Position numbers and translations under genes: made by a program. From Octopus bimaculoides (Eukaryota), in NCBI RefSeq assembly GCF_001194135.2, contig NC_068995.1, forward strand, positions 13,374,305-13,438,304: a stretch of 64,000 nt of DNA. The letters run 5' to 3'. Positions 61,808-64,000 of this stretch are shown piece after piece. Numbering within the stretch: the first letter of the stretch is position 1; each line of letters begins with the position of its first letter. The notes under the pieces were generated by a model. That model ran no database searches and was not told the origin of the DNA. It worked only from the letters and a program-made list of their open reading frames with translations.

Positions 61808-61989
61808 TATACATATACATATATACGACGGGCTTCTTTCAGTTTCCGTCTACCAAATCCACTCACAAGGCTTTGGTCGGCCCAAGGCTATAGTAGAAGA
61901 CACTTGCCCAAGGTGCCATTCAGTGGGACTGAACCCAGAACCATGTGGTTCGTAAGCAAGCTACTTACAGCACAGCCACTCCTGCACCT
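61532..61989 (-). mobile_element. SINE family A, full length, long central (CA)(TA)n
   Basis: Complete young copy; an older minus copy lies at 59695-60062. Confidence 0.9.
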
Positions 61990-62200
61990 AAAAATAATAA
62001 TATTTTGGGGAAGCCATTTTTGGGGAGGGGATAAGTTGATTACATCAACCCCAGTGTTCAACTGGTACTTATTTTATCGACCCCCTAAAGGATGAAAGGT
62101 AAAGTCAACCTCAGTGGAATTTGAACTCAGAACATAGCGACAGGTGAAATACCACTAAGCAATTCATCTAGCATGCTAACAATTTTGCCAGCTCACCGCC

Positions 62201-62234
<34 letters not shown>

Positions 62235-62839
62235 TAATAATAATAATGATACTGTTTCTATACTTCCTTGATGGTAGAATGGTTAGTGGTTGTAAGAGGG
62301 TCTGTTGATGCTATAGCTATTGTTAATGTTTATCTACAGTGTATGTTAAATTACAAAATAAGAGAGGAAATAATAGGTTGTGTATATTAACATAATAGAT
62401 GGTATTTATTGAAGAAGTGTGGAGGCAGTTGGAGTAGAAACAGTAAGAAATCTTTAAAATGTATCATTAGTTGTTTGAAGAGAAGGATGGCTTTAATAAC
62501 TGTTAAGTGCTACACATAAGTGTTAGTATAACAATCAAACAGTACTTACTATGTTATTGTTCAGTCCTGGGTTACTCAAGTTCAAACAGAACTCATTCAC
62601 ATTAAATTTTATTCGTTTTTTTTTTATGAATTTGTATTAGGAACAATATTGTCCAAAGTACCCTTCATTACTTAATCTGTTGATATGTGATTCAAGGGAA
62701 ATTTGGCTTCTATTTCTTGCAGGTCAGGCAACTGTGAAGTGGCTCTGTCATTGACTCATTATTATTTGAATAACAATGCAGTGTTGAATATAATGTGGCT
62801 TTCTTCACATTTTGTACTTAAAAATCATGTGATGTCAAA

Positions 62840-63147
62840 ACTTGGGGACACCAACACACACGCACACATGCACACACGCCAACACACACACTCACCGACA
62901 TGCACACCAACACGCACACACGCCAACATACACATGCACCAACACACGCACACACACCAACACCTATGCACACCAACACCCATGCACACCAACACACGCA
63001 CTTCAATCTGCACACCAACACGAACACCAATCCACACACCCACCAACATACACATACACCAACACGAAGACACCAACACACACACACACCAACACACACA
63101 CACACCAACACACACACACACACACACACACCAACACACACACACAT
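62840..63147. repeat. Degenerate CA/CACCAA microsatellite in the centre of a minus-strand family A fragment (about 62820-63305)
   Basis: Flanked by ggggacac and gacagatgctgcttttagttttc; explains the H/T-rich and V/C-rich ORFs. Confidence 0.9.
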
Positions 63148-63471
63148 GACAGATGCTGCTTTTAGTTTTCATCTACCAAATCCACTCACAAGATTTTGGT
63201 TGGCCTTGTGAGTGCCGTAGTAGAATAGAAGACACTTGACCAAGGTACCACATAGTGAGACTGAACCTAAAACCATGCAGCTCAAAGCAAACTTCCCAAC
63301 CATTCAGCCCCAGTATTCTGTTTAACCATGATGAAACTTTCAGATAATACTTTGGGAGAAATTCAAAGAAAGACTTCATTTGTAATTTATGTGTTTAAGT
63401 GCAGTGTTAGACACTGTTGTTCACCAAACATGTAAAGGTTTGACTTTTGTGTTATTATTGTCTTTTATCAG

Positions 63472-63567
63472 GTTCTATGATACTTCTAAACAAGCAATTG
63501 GTGCTGCTGTAATTCACTTTGCTAATGTCTTCCTTGCTGATATGTTTCAAGGAGACCCTTGTACATG
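63472..63567 (+). CDS. STIMATE: STIMATE/TMEM110 coding exon 4, 96 nt ([31 protein letters not shown])
   Basis: Acceptor tcttttatcag|, donor TG|GTAAGC. Matches human [31 protein letters not shown]. The gene continues beyond the window. Confidence 0.95.
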
Positions 63568-64000
63568 GTAAGCTTTTCATTTTCTCTTTTCTTATTTTTC
63601 TTTCTCATTTTATTGTGTAGTTAGAAGTTACATAAACTACAGCCTACACTTCCTGTCACCATTTCTACTTATGTTCTCAGTTGAAAGAGTGCTCATTCAG
63701 CTCCTTAGCCAAGTATTTCTGTAAACACTAATAAATATTTTAAGCATTACTTTGTTATTTGAGGGGACAGTTTTCATTGCACTGAGAGGTCACAGCTGTG
63801 GTAAATACAAGCGTGTGGTTTGGTTAGAATGCCACAAGAAAATTTCACAAGGCAAATTCTTCAAGCTGAACCAACCAGCAGGAGACCTATGGCTAGATCA
63901 ACGGGGGAAAAAAAAACAACAACAAAGCATCAAAATATGAATGTGTGTATTACTGTCTCCTTAAGATGACTTTGTGTTACAGTTGCAAAATAGGTATCTC

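Larger units (their letters stand above)
48267..63471 (+). other. 15,205-nt intron 3 of STIMATE
   Basis: GT..AG; phase-2 junction TG|G restores Trp. Confidence 0.9.

Overview
AT-rich, repeat-dense animal genomic DNA with 15 assembly gaps. The SINE repertoire suggests an octopus (inference). One protein-coding gene is supported: STIMATE/TMEM110 on the + strand, CDS join(3597..3610, 3706..3893, 48218..48266, 63472..63567, continuing past the window). The spliced exons read MVNIRLFPS...[79 protein letters not shown]. Introns are 95, 44,324 and 15,205 nt. Nearly everything else is transposon-derived: several tRNA-headed SINE families (labelled A, B, D, E here), RTE LINE 3' ends (C), piggyBac-like and mariner-like MITEs, Tc1 and mariner transposase relics, a probable LTR, Penelope-like ends and microsatellites. 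Top leads: (1) a 226-bp foldback MITE with 9-bp TSDs carrying inverted telomeric TTAGGG arrays about 1.1 kb upstream of STIMATE; (2) a 95-nt first intron whose retention would switch the STIMATE start codon, plus a 107-aa overlapping ORF made only by splicing; (3) a promoter-like LTR inside the 44-kb intron; (4) decayed hammerhead-like motifs; (5) a perfect 19-bp hairpin before the 49-nt exon; (6) many inverted SINE pairs that could form ADAR substrates. No prokaryotic features, CRISPR arrays, rRNA or true tRNA genes were seen. TE family names are not database-verified.
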